DNA of 64,000 nucleotides. Source: Octopus bimaculoides. Its lineage: Eukaryota. The translations under genes were made by a program, and so were the position numbers. The notes beneath the pieces are model-generated. The model saw only the letters and a list, made by a program, of their open reading frames with translations. It had not been told where the DNA came from and ran no database searches. The first letter of the stretch is position 1; each line of letters begins with the position of its first letter. The stretch spans positions 66,209,991-66,273,990 of the forward strand of contig NC_068984.1 in assembly GCF_001194135.2 (NCBI RefSeq). The letters are read 5' to 3'. Positions 26,431 through 40,162 of the stretch are shown here, piece after piece.

Positions 26431-26750
26431 GGAAGGTGCATGGCTTAGTGGTTAGAATATTCAGTTCATGATCGTAAGATCGTCAGTTCAATTCCTGGTG
26501 ATGCGTTGTGTCCTTGAGCAAAACACTTTATTTCACATTGCTCCTGTTCACTCAGCTGGTGAAAATGAGTTGAACCTGTATTTCAAAAAGGCCCAGCCTA
26601 GTCACATTCTGTGTCATGCTGAATCTCCCTGAGAACTACAGTAAGGGCACACGTGTCTGAGGAGTGCTCAGCTACTTGCACATTAATTTCATGAGCAGGC
26701 TGTTCCATTGGTCAGATCAACTGGAACCCTCATCATTATAACTGACAAAG
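26431..26750 (+). mobile_element. tRNA-headed SINE, family D
   Basis: A-box TGGCTTAGTGG, B-box AGTTCAATTCC, then GTGTCCTTGAGCAA.ACACTTTATTT; collinear with 29768-30080. Confidence 0.85.
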
Positions 26751-27509
26751 TTCAGCAGAGTCAGATGTTTGCAAGAGTAAACTTAATGTTAAAGGATTAA
26801 TGTTGTCAATTCAAATCTCCAGAAAAGTCAAGCCAGCTTTTCCCTTTTATTCTTCTAGGCATGATAACTTTTTTTCTTTCTATTATCAGCACAAGGCCTG
26901 ACAAGTGGAGAAGGGGATAGTTGATTACATCAGCCTCAATGCTCAAACGGTATTTTTTTTATCAATTCCATAAGAATGAAAGGCATTGTCATCTTTGACA
27001 ATCTAAACTCAGAATGTAGCGAATGAAAAGAAATGCTGGTAATCATTTTGTCTGATATGTTAACAATTCTACCTTCTTGCCTCCTTTCTAGTCCTGATAA
27101 AAAGCAAGTACCAGTTATCAATCATACTCTACTAATTAAATTTGTGTCATTAAGTCAATGTTAGAAACCAATAATTAGGAATGTATGAAAGTGGCAAGTT
27201 GAATGACAGAAATTGATAGAGCAATGGATAAAATGTTTTGTAGTATTTAGTTGTCTCAGATATTTTCCTAAGTTCAAATCCACCAATGGTGAACTTAATC
27301 TTTCATCCTGGTATCAGTAAAATAAATACCAATACCAGTCAAATACAAGGGTTAAATTCCTTCTCATCATCATCGTTTTAATATCCATTCTTCCATGCTT
27401 GCCTAGGTCAGATGAAATTAGTTGAGTGGCAGTGGTAGTCGTAATGGTGATGAAGATGATAACATGGTCATTAAGCAAATACATAACAATTTTCCTAAAT
27501 GGGAATTTT

Positions 27510-27542
<33 letters not shown>

Positions 27543-27588
27543 TATACATACATACATGCATGCATACATACATACATACATGCATGCA

Positions 27589-27620
<32 letters not shown>

Positions 27621-28054
27621 AAGCCAGTGTTCATGTTACACAGTAAAGTGAAAGTAGAAGAATAAATAAAATACACACATACATAGACACATGTACACAA
27701 ACACACACATACATACATACACACACATATAAACAGAGAAAGAAATAAGCCACCAATTAACTTCTAGGTAAAATTATAATTCTATGAGAAAATATATTTT
27801 CAATAAATATTTATTTCTGCTGTTCTGCACATTAAAATATAAAATGTTCTTTTGAAAAGCAGATTATTTCTATATCATGTGTATAATATTGTTGTGATTA
27901 CTGTAAAAGTACAACATTTTGGGGGTTCTAATGATGTTGAAAATACTACAAAAATCTACACAAATTTAATTGGAAAAATAAAAAAGAATAAAAATTATAA
28001 AAGAAAATTTCTTTTAAATGTTGTTTCTGTATTCAGTCTTTCATCTCATTTACT

Positions 28055-28580
28055 AATATCATCGTTATCATCGTCATTATCAATGTTGTTGTTTTCATCA
28101 TTATCACCCACATCATAATCCTCCTCACCACCATCCTCCTCATCATCATCCTGTCATCTACCTCCTTCTTCTCCTCCTGCTCCTGCTCCTCCTCCTCCTC
28201 ATCATCATTATCAACATCACCACATCAGTGTCACCATCCTCAGTACCACCATCACCAGCACTACTGTCCCCAGCACTACCGTCCCCAGCACCAGCACCAG
28301 CACCACCATCGCTATTGCCACCATCACCAGCATCACCATCACTACTGTCATCCTCATCATTATCATCATCAATTTCATCATTATTATTATTACCTTCATC
28401 CACATCACCAACATCACAATCATTAACACCATCATCACCAGCACTGCCATTGTTGCCATTGTCATCATCACCCTCATCCTCATTAGCAACATCACTATTA
28501 CCATTGTTGTCATCGTCATCGTTGTCATTGTCATCATCATCGTCATCATTACCATCATTCGCATTGTCATCATAAACATC
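28055..28580. repeat. CAT/CAC/CCT low-complexity tract
   Basis: Direct reading. Confidence 0.9.
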
Positions 28581-28775
28581 TAGATGATATGTTAATCTGC
28601 ATCAATAATTTTATCATTACCATAAACTCTCCTTCATGAGCCACTGAAGAATCCCCTATGTTGTCACCCAGCCTGCTAAAAATAACTGCTGAACATCCTT
28701 CAAAACAGTTCAGTGTAAATGAAGTTTTTTTTTTAGACTTATAAAGAAAAATATGTCAATATAAAAATATTTGTG

Positions 28776-28995
28776 TAAGCCAGTGAGCTGGCAGAATCAT
28801 AATCACTCAAGCAAAATGATTAACAGCATTTCGTCCATCTTTATGCTATGAGTCCAAATTCTGCATGGTCAACTTTGCTTCTCATCCTTTTAGAGTCAAT
28901 AAAATAAGTACCAGTTAAACACTGGGGAGTCAGTGTAATTGACTTGTTCCCTTCCCCGAAATTGCTGGCCTTGTGCCAAAATTTGAAGACAATAT
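28776..28995 (+). mobile_element. SINE family A
   Basis: CAGTGAGCTGGCAGAATC...GAGTCCAAATTCTGC...AAAATAAGTACCAGTT...CCTTGTGCCAAAATTTGAA. Confidence 0.8.
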
Positions 28996-29525
28996 TGAAA
29001 CATTTGTGGCACACCTATGGCTGCAGAATTAGTGTATTAGGTAGACTATCACATGAGATTTGGTATGTATATCTCTCTATTTTCTGTGTTCAAATTCCAA
29101 TCTTGATGCTCTTCCTGAGACCATCTGCAGTTTATTGATAATGATAATTACTCTAAATTTATAAGGAAACAATACATCAGTTTTAAGGTATTTATGGCAG
29201 ATCAAGTTTTGTGAGATATTTGGATCTTTTCACATTCTGTGCTTCACATTCTGAGCTTTTTATATTTTGAGTTCAAATCCCACCCAAGCCCATTTTGGTT
29301 TTGACATTACCAGAGCTGACAAAATAAATTACCAGTTGATAACAAAAAAAAAAAAATACTGGGATATTTATACATGACTGTATCCTTGGAAACGACATGC
29401 CAACATGAGCCTAGGTCAGTGACTGAAATAGTAAAAAAGAATGATATAGTAAAAGAATGTAAGATATTTTGTGACAATCTTGTTTGTTGTCTAACAACAT
29501 AACCTAAGAGAAAAAAAAATAAAAA

Positions 29526-29730
29526 CAGCAAGCTGGCAGAATGCTGGAAATAAAAATGCTTAGTGGCATTTCATCTATCTTTACATTCTAAGTTCAAATT
29601 CTGCCAAGGTCGACTTCCCATTTTATCCTTTCGGGATTTATAAAAGAAGTACCTGTTGAAGTGGGATGGATGTAATTGACTAACCTTTCCCCACTAAAAT
29701 TCTAGACCTTGTGCTTATAGTAGAAAAGAT
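29526..29730 (+). mobile_element. SINE family A
   Basis: GCAAGCTGGCAGAA...AGTTCAAATTCTGCCAAGGTCGAC...CCTTGTGC. Confidence 0.8.
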
Positions 29731-29767
29731 TTATTTAATCAAAAGCACAATTTACACTTGTTTTTTG

Positions 29768-30080
29768 TGAAGGCACGTGGCTTAATAGCTAGGGTAGTCA
29801 GCTCACAATTGTAAGGTCATGAGTTTGATTCCCAGTGACATGTTGAGTTCTTGAGCAAGACACTTTATTTTGCATTAATCCAGTCTGGCAAAAATGAGTT
29901 GTACCTGTAATTCAAAGGGCTGACCTTGTCTCACTCTATCACCCTGAATCTTGCTAAGAACTATGTTAAGGATATATGTGTCTGTGGAGTGTTCAGCCAC
30001 TTGCATGTTAATTTCATGGGTAGACTGTTTGATTGATTGTATCAACTGGAACACTAGTCATCATAACCAATGGAGAGCCA
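29768..30080 (+). mobile_element. SINE family D
   Basis: Collinear with 26431-26750. Confidence 0.82.
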
Positions 30081-30707
30081 GGCCAGAGAAATTTCGAACA
30101 CGTTACTTTTAAGGTCTGTGGATTAGATATGTGTGTAGCTGCTAGCAGCAAACAGTGAAAATATATTACAGTGAAATATATTAGGGAATTGAGGGAACAG
30201 AGCAAATAGAAGAACAGAATAGAAGGAGAGAGCAAATCAATTTTATTTTCCTCTACAGGATTTTATACAAAATTTCAGAAAGGATATGAAGAATTGGTTA
30301 TGTAAAACTATAGGGGGAATTAACAAGTAATAAATAAGAATACATTTAACAATGGTTTCAAATTTTGTGACTCTTCATTAGGTTTATATTGATATGTCAA
30401 AATCAATAAACATTGTCAACAACATTGCCCATGGGGAAAGTCTTTAAAGTTCTCCAGTAACTTAACTTAGTGAAAAAGTAACGAAATAATCCTCAATCAG
30501 ATCACTGCTATCTTTGAAATATGAGCTACAATCTCAGAATTATATTTTACAGAATAAAACATGATACCCCACCACCACCACCACAAATGATAAATACAGA
30601 GGAACAGCAACATTGCCTGCATTAGCTGTAGCCACCAACTAGGGAACTTCAGTGTGGTTGTTAGAAATATATGCCAAATCACTTTCAGATCACATATACT
30701 GCCTTAA

Positions 30708-30906
30708 CCCTTTAGTATTCAGGTTACTCTGTCAAATATAATGCTTATGTATTGACATGCATGATTTCATAGCTTTGAGATTTTGATAATGTGATTGTCT
30801 ATTGTTTAAAATCACACTGTAGGTGCAAAAGGCAAGATATGATCAGTTTCAAGATAAAACAGGTAAAATATTTTGGCCTGATATAACTGCTTTAAATACT
30901 AAAGAG
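30708..30906. mobile_element. piggyBac-like MITE, family 1
   Basis: TTAA-CCCTTTAGTATT...AATACTAAAGAG-TTAA: terminal inverted repeats with a TTAA target site. Homologous to 47120-47340 and 36872-37053. Confidence 0.8.
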
Positions 30907-30910
30907 TTAA

Positions 30911-31113
30911 ACCTTTTGTTACTATATTTCTGTTTAAATTACCATTCTTTCAATTAATTTTGAAGACAATAAAGATTTAATTAAATACCTTGTTCCTAAT
31001 AACTTGATATTTGCAAGATATTTTGCTAGAAGCTTTTAATCAAGATCATTTAGAAACAAAAGGTTTATATCAGATAACAAGAGGCAGTTTCTGGCAGACA
31101 CATATGAAAAGGG
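30911..31113. mobile_element. piggyBac-like MITE, family 2, sharing a TTAA with the preceding element
   Basis: TTAA-ACCTTTTGTTACTATATTTC...GAAAAGGG-TTAA. Confidence 0.7.
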
Positions 31114-31403
31114 TTAATACATAGAATACCACATCAAATAACATACTTTATGACATATAAAAATAACTAAATGTGCCTCACACAAATATCAACTCTACCA
31201 TCACTAGCACCACCATCATCACCACTGTCATCATCATCATTGCTCTCAATCAAATGGTCAAGACCTGAATGTCTCTGACCATAGACCGGCTTAATCATAG
31301 CTAACATGGGGTTGAATAAGAACAACAGTTATAAAAGCAGCTGATACTTATCCCATGTTCCATGGTATGATTTGATCTCAGAAACCAGAAGGATGAAATT
31401 AAA

Positions 31404-31727
31404 TGTTATTCTGTATCAGTGTTTTTTTTTTTTTGCCAGACAGCTAAGTTACAGGGATGTAAACAAACCAACACTGGTTATCAAGTAGTAAGAAGGAACA
31501 AACACAAGCTCAAAGACACATGCACTCACACACACACACACACATACACACGAATGCACTCATAAAATAGGCTTCCACACAGTTTCTATACACCAAATTC
31601 ACTCACGAAACATTGGTTGGCCCAGCATTGTAGCAGTAGACACTTGCCCAAGAGGCTGCTCAATAGGACTCAGCCTGAAACCATGTGATTGTAAAGCAAG
31701 TTTCTTTACCACACAACCATGCTCGTG
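31404..31727 (-). mobile_element. SINE family B, 3'-truncated
   Basis: CTAAGTTACAGGGATGTAAACAAACCAACAC...GACACTTGCCCAAG...ACCACACAACCAT. Confidence 0.75.
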
Positions 31728-32254
31728 CTTTTATAGATAAATACTACAATGTATTTAAAACGATGTATTACTGTTTCTGCCACTTCATCACTCTTACATA
31801 ATAATAAACATACACGTGATTGGATTAATAATAATGAGGAGTTGTAAACTCCCTCCTGTCCTTTATAGAATTTTTATTCTTTAGGGGTTGATAATAATAT
31901 GCTGAAATTAAGATAGTGTGACTAAAGAAACAAAAAAATATACAAAGGAATTGCTATAATGTTTTATTTTGTTTTGTATTGTAGTTAATATCACCTTCTT
32001 GTAGTTACTGTCATATTAAAGCATTATCAGATAAAAGAATGAAAGAATAATAGAATGTGTTGACAGGAATGCATTCAGTTGTTCCAGCATAACATTGAAT
32101 AAAAGAGAATTGGTGCTGCTAATTCAGTATGACCATCATTGAAAGAGAACACCTGGTTTCTTCTATAAATAGTTGTCCAATTCTCATAGAAATAAAGAAT
32201 AGGGGACTGAAGGCACCAGCAAGAGACATTAACATTCCACAAGCTGACAAAATC

Positions 32255-32421
32255 CATATGTGTGTGTGTATATATATATATATATGCATGTGTCTCTGTG
32301 TATGTGTGTCTGAGTGTGTGTGTGTATTTCAGTATGGATAACATTTGTACTGGTAAATATATATGCACAGTACCTAATATACATAATTATATTACACATA
32401 CCATACACATATGCATCCCAC

Positions 32422-32518
<97 letters not shown>

Positions 32519-32671
32519 ATGTATATATGTATATATGCATATATATATATGTATATGTGTGTATATGTGTGTGTTTGTGTATGTGTATCTATATGCATGT
32601 TTGCATCTGTATGGGGTGGGTACACACATATATTTAGTGTATATGTAAGCATCTCCCTTTGTATATACATA

Positions 32672-32713
<42 letters not shown>

Positions 32714-33060
32714 CATTTGTATGTAGATATGCAGGTTGGTCTAAGCATAAGCATCATGTTGGATCATANNNNNNNNNNTGTTGGATCATATATACAGATT
32801 GTATTGTATATGTATGTATAGATAAATGTATAGATACTCATATATACATTGTATATACAATGTATATATGAGTATCTATACATTTATTTGCTTATATGTT
32901 TATGCATGTGTGAATGTGGATGTGCATTGAATGCATATTTATATATGTATGGGTAAATATGTGTGTACATGCATGTGTGTACATGCAAGTGTGTACATGT
33001 GTGTGTATGTGTGTGCATGTTTTCATGCATACATACGTTTATGTGTATATATCTCTGTAA
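32255..33060. repeat. Compound (AT)n/(GT)n microsatellite block
   Basis: Direct reading; source of the many Y/I/C/V-rich ORFs. Similar blocks at about 1300-1450, 20970-21120, 34180-34280, 38690-38860 and 58165-58290. Confidence 0.95.
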
Positions 33061-33620
33061 ACATCTATATACTTTCTGTGGATGTATGCACATTAGTTTA
33101 CACATGTTATCTGAGTATCGGCATATGTTTAAAGGTAGGTTTTCTAATCTATTACTCAGAGACTGCATTTATTTATGAACTTTTGCAATTCATTATATAT
33201 CAGTTATAATTATTCAATTTACTGTCTGTTTACAAACACACACACACACATATATCATCATCATCATTATTTAATGTCCATTGTCCATGCTGGTATGGGT
33301 TGGACGGTTCGACCGGAGCTGGTATGCATGTGTGTGTGTGTGAGTCATCATCATCTTCATTCCTTTAGTTAACCTTTTATCTATCTCTATATTTACATAT
33401 CTCTATATTTATTATACTAGTTAGTATATTTTAATATGGTATGCGGTTACAAAGTAGTTTTATGCTGCAAGAAATGACATTGATTACTCTGACTAGCTCT
33501 ACTTTATTGACATCATAATTTATAGATAAATCATTTTAACTGTTATGAATAGTATTTGATCCAAATTTTAGAATCACAAACAAATATTCTGAACCAACAA
33601 CTGCATTTTAAGATACCTTC

Positions 33621-34013
33621 TACCTTTTGCTTGTTTCAGTCATTAGACTGTAGCCATGCTGGGGCAGCACCTTGAAGAGATTTTAGTTGAATGAGTCAAC
33701 CTCAGTACTAATTTCTTATTTTAAGTCTGGTTCTTATTCTATCTATATCTTTTGCCAAACTGCTAAATTATGGAAACGTAACATACCAGAACTGGTTGTC
33801 AAGCAGTGGTGGCAGATAAACACAAACTCAAACACACACGCGCGCGTGCATGCGTGCACTTCTTTCAGTTTCTGTCTGCCATACCCACTCACAAGTCTTT
33901 GGTTGATCCAAGGCTATAATAAAAAACACTTGCCCAAGGTGCCACACTGTGAGACTGAACTCAGATCCATGTAGGTAGGAAGCAAACTTTTTACCACACA
34001 ACCACATCTGTGC
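33621..34013 (-). mobile_element. SINE family B, near full length
   Basis: Collinear with 43751-44152. Confidence 0.85.
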
Positions 34014-34658
34014 TCACAAGATAGAAGATAATTAGATTTGGATGAGCTATAGAATTAGTGAAAGCGAAGTTTCTTTGCCAAAACATTAAATCTCTAAGAT
34101 TTGAAAATTTACTCTTAAAGTTGTCTTTGAGATTCTGATCCTTTCCATCTTTGATTCAAGAATTTTCTTTTTGTGTGTGTATACATACATATATGTACGT
34201 ATGTATGTATGTATGTATGTATGTATGTATGTATGTATGTATGTATGTATGTATGTATATATATATATATATATATATATNNNNNNNNNNNNNNNNNNNN
34301 NNNNNNNNNNNNNNNNNNNNNNNNNNNNNNNNNNNNNNNNNNNNNNNNNNNNNNNNNNNNNNNNNNNNNNNNNNNNNNNNNNNNNNNNNNNNNNNNNNNN
34401 NNNNNNNNNNNNNNNNNNNNNNNNNNNNNNNNNNNNNNNNNNNNNNNNNNNNNNNNNNNNNNNNNNNNNNNNNNNNNNNNNNNNNNNNNNNNNNNNNNNN
34501 NNNNNNNNNNNNNNNNNNNNNNNNNNNNNNNNNNNNNNNNNNNNNNNNNNNNNNNNNNNNNNNNNNNNNNNNNNNNNNNNNNNNNNNNNNNNNNNNNNNN
34601 NNNTTACATGCCCCTGGCACAGGGGCCAGTCAGCAGCCCTGGTGACGGTCACGCTCAT

Positions 34659-34716
<58 letters not shown>

Positions 34717-35745
34717 ATTCATATATATAATGTAACTATGTACTATAGTACTGAGACTTCTCTTTGTACAATAAAATACCAGTGCAACACCTCTCCATGG
34801 AGAACTATTATCAAATGCTGAGAATCAGAGCATATTGCAGTGGAAGCAACCTCAGCATTAGCAGCGACTGTAATAGGTGGTAATGGAAAGGAAAGTAGAA
34901 CATAGCTTAGCAAGAACAATACTCATACATACACACCTACAAACAAGCAAATTCATATATTTAGTATAGGTGTAAATCACATATTAAAGAATTAAAATAA
35001 TAATAAAAATAATAATAATGATAATAAATCATTTGCAACTCAAATGCAATAATACTTTAATAATTTGGTAATTTAATATTCACTTTTGTTTTCTTCCTTC
35101 CTTTCTTTACTTTCTGCATAATATCAATTTCTTTGGCACCCATTTTTACATGCAACAAATAGATAGGTGTCAACATTTTATTGATAGTCAATGATTTTAA
35201 ATGTATCATAGCACAAATCACTATTAAATCCTTTACAGTCAATGTAGTTCTATATTATGTAGACACTTAAAATTTGAATTTGTTAAATTGTTGTTCGGAA
35301 AGCATATTAAAAGAAATAGTTTATCGTGTGACTTTATTCTAAATATTCCATAATGTCATGAACACATGAAATCAGAAAATTGAAAATTAATTAATTTGGG
35401 AAATAATAGCATTGTATGGGCTTATTAGAATCTGAAACATGTTTTTCCTTTTTTCTAAATGTTTAGTTGTTTTTCTTTCGTTTTTCTTTAATTATGTTGT
35501 ACCATGATATAAATAGAGAGTTTCAATGAAATTTCCATTAGTTGGAATATATAAGGTCGTGACTTGTTTACATTAAACATAAATTTTCAAGTAGTATATA
35601 CATACATATATACACAACGATACATACATACATANNNNNNNNNNNNNNNNNNNNNNNNNNNNNNNNNNNNNNNNNNAATGTGGACAGTGAATGGTCAAAT
35701 AAACGTTTACCTTCGCAGCCGATGTGACAGCACGTCCGTGAGAAG

Positions 35746-35796
<51 letters not shown>

Positions 35797-35806
35797 AAGA
35801 TATAGA
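35746..35806. repeat. (GATA)n microsatellite
   Basis: Direct reading. Confidence 0.95.
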
Positions 35807-36402
35807 TATGTATATGTATATTTTTTTAAAGCCTCCAGATTTTGTAGGTGTGTAGCAAGCAATTGATTGAGAAAATGTATTGATTCATTTCAGTTGGGGA
35901 ATAGAGCAATGAATTTTTATTATCCCACACAGGATTTTACTTAGTGTTACTGAACAGATAAATTCCTCTTGTGATTACAAGGGAATTGACTTCAATTTAT
36001 GTAGTTATAAATTAGTCTAAAAGTCTAAATTTCATTATTGAAATTATAATTAATAAGCAGAAATTTCAAATACAAAAATAATCATAACAATTCTTAAAGT
36101 ACTTTAACACAGACACCCACATCTGTCACAAAATCTTGAACTGCATGAAACTGCTGTTCAAATAATGTTGTTGTATCAAGCACTCTTCTGTATGAGAAGT
36201 AAAGTTTAACCTGACTTTTTAGAAAGAACTTACTATTTTCATTATGTGTTTTTATTTCTTTTATTTTAATAAATGAATTTCTCTGGACTTTTTCTCCTTC
36301 AATTTTCGAACTATTAACCATTATTAAGCTATTACTAAATGATGGTTAATACTACAAGTAGTGATAGAGTTTGGTGATATTATTTATTAATGATTTAGTT
36401 GT

Positions 36403-36622
36403 GACAGTGCAGGCTTAGTGGTTAGGATATTGCACTCCTGATTGTAAAAATTGTGGACTCAGCAATATATTGGTTCTTGAGCAAAACGCTTCATTTCATG
36501 TTGCCTTAGTCCTCTCAGTTAGTGAAAATGAGTAATCCTGTGATGGAACGATATCCCATCCAGGAGGGAGATACATACACCACAGAATATTGGAAACCTG
36601 CCTATGGCTTGGTAAGGACTTT
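36403..36622 (+). mobile_element. SINE with family D head and a different tail
   Basis: Head GGCTTAGTGGTTAG...CTTGAGCAAAACGCTTCATTTCA matches family D. The tail GTAATCCTGTGATGGAACGATATCCCATCCAGG differs from the other two D copies. Confidence 0.65.
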
Positions 36623-36871
36623 TGACCCCCTTTTTAATGATTTTATTTGGCAAACAGGAATTGATGTCATGTAAATCTATGTGCAATCACTTATGTGTAA
36701 TTAACTCCACTGTATTCAATCTACTTTTGCAGATGATTTGATATGACAGCAGGCAACACATTCCAAAATGGTTAAAAGTTGCTTTTGCAATGTACACCAT
36801 TGATCATTACATCATGTCAACAAATATCATCTTAATTCATACAATATTTATAGTTTTGTGGTTTGTATTAA

Positions 36872-37053
36872 CCCTTTTGTATTCAGATGATTTTGTCTAA
36901 GTAATGCTTGTTTATTTATATTGCATTAAATCAACCATGGCTTATCTTGTAGCTTTGAGGTTTCAATGATATGACTGTTTATTTTTAGAATGACATTCTA
37001 GGATAGGTGCAAGAGACCAAATCTGGATAGTTTGTCGTCTTTAAATGCTAAAG
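36872..37053. mobile_element. piggyBac-like MITE family 1, degenerate
   Basis: TTAA-CCCTTTTGTATTCAG...GTAGCTTTGAG...TTAAATGCTAAAG. Confidence 0.65.
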
Positions 37054-38731
37054 TCTTGACTACATTTTGTCAAAATTTCTCATTTCTAACAGATTTATAT
37101 AGAGAAAGCAAGCACTACAAGATAGAAATGAAGTCCTCTCCTGTAATCAGAATTGGGACAACATGTTTTAAAGCTATAAGCTCCATGACAGTGTATTACA
37201 AGTGAAGATAAGAAACACCTATAAAATGATCAAGAATATCAAACAATAACAAACACATTTCTGTGATCAGCCACTATAATTTAAAGACAATGGTTTCAAG
37301 TTTTGTACATGTCCAGTAATTTTAGGGGCAAGATTAATTGAGCACATTGGCTCCAGTGTTCAATTGGTACTTATTTTACCAACCCCAACAGGATAAAAAG
37401 TAAAGTTGATCTTGGTGGAATTTGAATCCAAAATGTAAAGAACCAGAAAATAATGCTGCTGAAAATTTTACTTGACACAGTAACTATTCTTCCATGATTC
37501 AAGGATAATAAAAATAAATTGCACCAGAAGATGAACAATTGATAGAAGCTGTCTTAAGTAAATATTTAATTTGGTATTGAAGCATTCTGAATATTTAAAA
37601 TATTTCCCAGAAAATTTTTTGACACTATAAGCTTTCAATTTAGCCACTGAAACACAAAGTATGAAACATAGTTGAAATGTTTATATCAGTAATCTAGGAA
37701 CTTATCCAAATATCAATATGCCAACACTTTCTATACAATTTTGATATCTAATATCCTATAGATTTAAATAACTTAATTTTGTTGGTATTTTGTATAATTT
37801 TACATGCTCATAGTTTTTCTTATCTCTTCTTGATAATACCAAATCCCATCATCTTCTTACTAATACTAAGAGATCAATTGATTCTTTAAAATTACTTAGT
37901 TTATTTCAGCATTATTTTTTCTAAGAAAAGAGGAAAAATATTGTAATATATTTATAGCTCTTTATTTATTTATTTTTTTAATTCCAACAATAGATAGGAT
38001 AGTTGAAAGAGTAGAACATGGATTGTATAGAAAAGAACAACAGTAACAATGATAAGAGGGTGGTGGTGATATTAACAATGGTTCTCAGCTACTCCTATAC
38101 CTGTGAGTGGTTTCAATGACAATTTAAGCTAGTCAGTGTTTAAACAGTATCATCTAGAGTTTAGAGAGTTATCTCAATCATCAAAAAACAAAAAAAAAAC
38201 TTGAAAAAGAAATGAGAAAGTGTTAAATGAAAGTGCAGTACTGGTATTAGTATCACAAGAAAAAAAAGGGGGAAATTCTATTAAGCCATAATCAGAGAAA
38301 AATGCCATTCATTTTGTACTTAAATAAATCTGCGGTAATAAAAGAGAAATTAATTCATTAATCTACTAGGATCATTGATTGTAACTTAATCTTAACTGTT
38401 CCAAAGCCATGGTTATGGCACCTTGCTTTCATTTGCCAAGTTAATGAATCCAATTAAAAGAATACCTAAGTTGTAATTAAATCAAACTAAGCTACACGTT
38501 TCCAAACAGATTGATTAAAAGTAATTGTTTGCATGTAATGTAGAGCTGCTTTATTGGTAAAATTATTTAGCAGTTTTTAGGCTGCACTAGTGCAATACCT
38601 ATAGAGCAATCAATCTTGAGATATTTTTGTGGTCCAACCCTGCTGCAAATCGAGCTGATAAGAGACCAGATACATTTACATGTACGTATATATATATATA
38701 GACACATACACACACACATATATACACATAG

Positions 38732-38813
<82 letters not shown>

Positions 38814-38824
38814 CATGCATACAT

Positions 38825-38864
<40 letters not shown>

Positions 38865-39900
38865 CATTTTGTTGGGCTTTTAAATCAGATAAGAAAGAGA
38901 AAAAAACATGACTAAATACTGGTTAAAAACGGGAAAAAACACATACTATATGGATAGAGAAAACTTATGGAACAAGCTATTCTTAAATGAATTGCTATAT
39001 TAGATCACAATCTAAATATTACAAATTTGTTATCCATTATATATACTATTTTTTAATTAGTAACTTTTTGAGATGAGATATTATTCATTTTATTCAGGAG
39101 GGAGACCGCCTCAAATTGATTCATGCTATATTAGATTGCTTTACTTTGTTAATATTAGAAAGATATATGTGTATATGTATGCATATGTGTGCATGTGTAC
39201 GTGTGTGTGTGCATGTGCATGTGTGTGTGTTGATAAAAGGAGCAAGTTTTTCTTTCAATTACATTACAATGAAGACATGACTATGTATGAGTTTAATTAT
39301 TTTTTTTGTGATTTTTCCAATATCTGTTGTAATCCTTTACGTTCAGTTTGGAACATCTATGTTCCAAAGTCCATTAACATTTTCAGAACTTCTCAGTCTT
39401 ATCATCAGAATGAAGAGATGATAGTTGCATTATTATAATAAGTAAAGTACCCATGAAACACTGGGGTTGATGTAATTGACTTAATCCCCTTCCCTAAAGC
39501 TGCCCTTGTGGCAAACATTGGGATTCATTATTATTATAGGTAACAAGTTTTCATAGGAATGATGCTGTAACTGATAAAAATCATCTTTCCCAGGTCTAAA
39601 ATTTGTCTAACTGGAAAACACACACCCACACACACACACACACACACACACCACACACAAATATATGTCACTCACTCATTCTCCATCTCCCTTTCCCATC
39701 ATATATATGTAGTTCAAATTTACAGAAAAAAAGATGAAGACAAGTGAGGAAACAAGCAAGTGTATTAGTTTGATATTCAGGAAGAATGGAAAAGTCTTTG
39801 ATGTTTTGAGCATACACTCTTCAACAGAAAGGATTGAGATGAAAAAAAACAGAGAGGAGAAAAAATGTGTAGGGATTATGCATACATACATACATATACA

Positions 39901-40049
39901 TATATGTATATATTAATATTTAGCAGAAGCATTAGAGTGACTCAAGGGCTGGGAGTTTCATGTGTTGGCATTCACCAAACAATGCACAAAACTCTTAGCC
40001 CTTGAATCACTCTGTTAATTCTGCTAAAATACAATAAAATATACATATA
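39901..40049. repeat. Inverted repeat (hairpin), ~40-60-bp arms
   Basis: ATTTAGCAGAAGCATTAGAGTGACTCAAGGGCTGGGAGTTT pairs with AAACTCTTAGCCCTTGAATCACTCTGTTAATTCTGCTAAAAT. Confidence 0.85.
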
Positions 40050-40162
40050 CTCATACTTTGAGTTCTATATTTCTTGCATGCATCACCATACCTGTATATG
40101 TGTGTGTGTGTGTTTGTGTGAATTATACACACTTTCACCATAAAATGTCTTTATTATTGTCA

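Noticed and set aside
26431-26500. A-box/B-box sequences suggesting tRNA genes (also other SINE heads)
   Set aside because: No complete cloverleaf; each continues into a multicopy SINE body.
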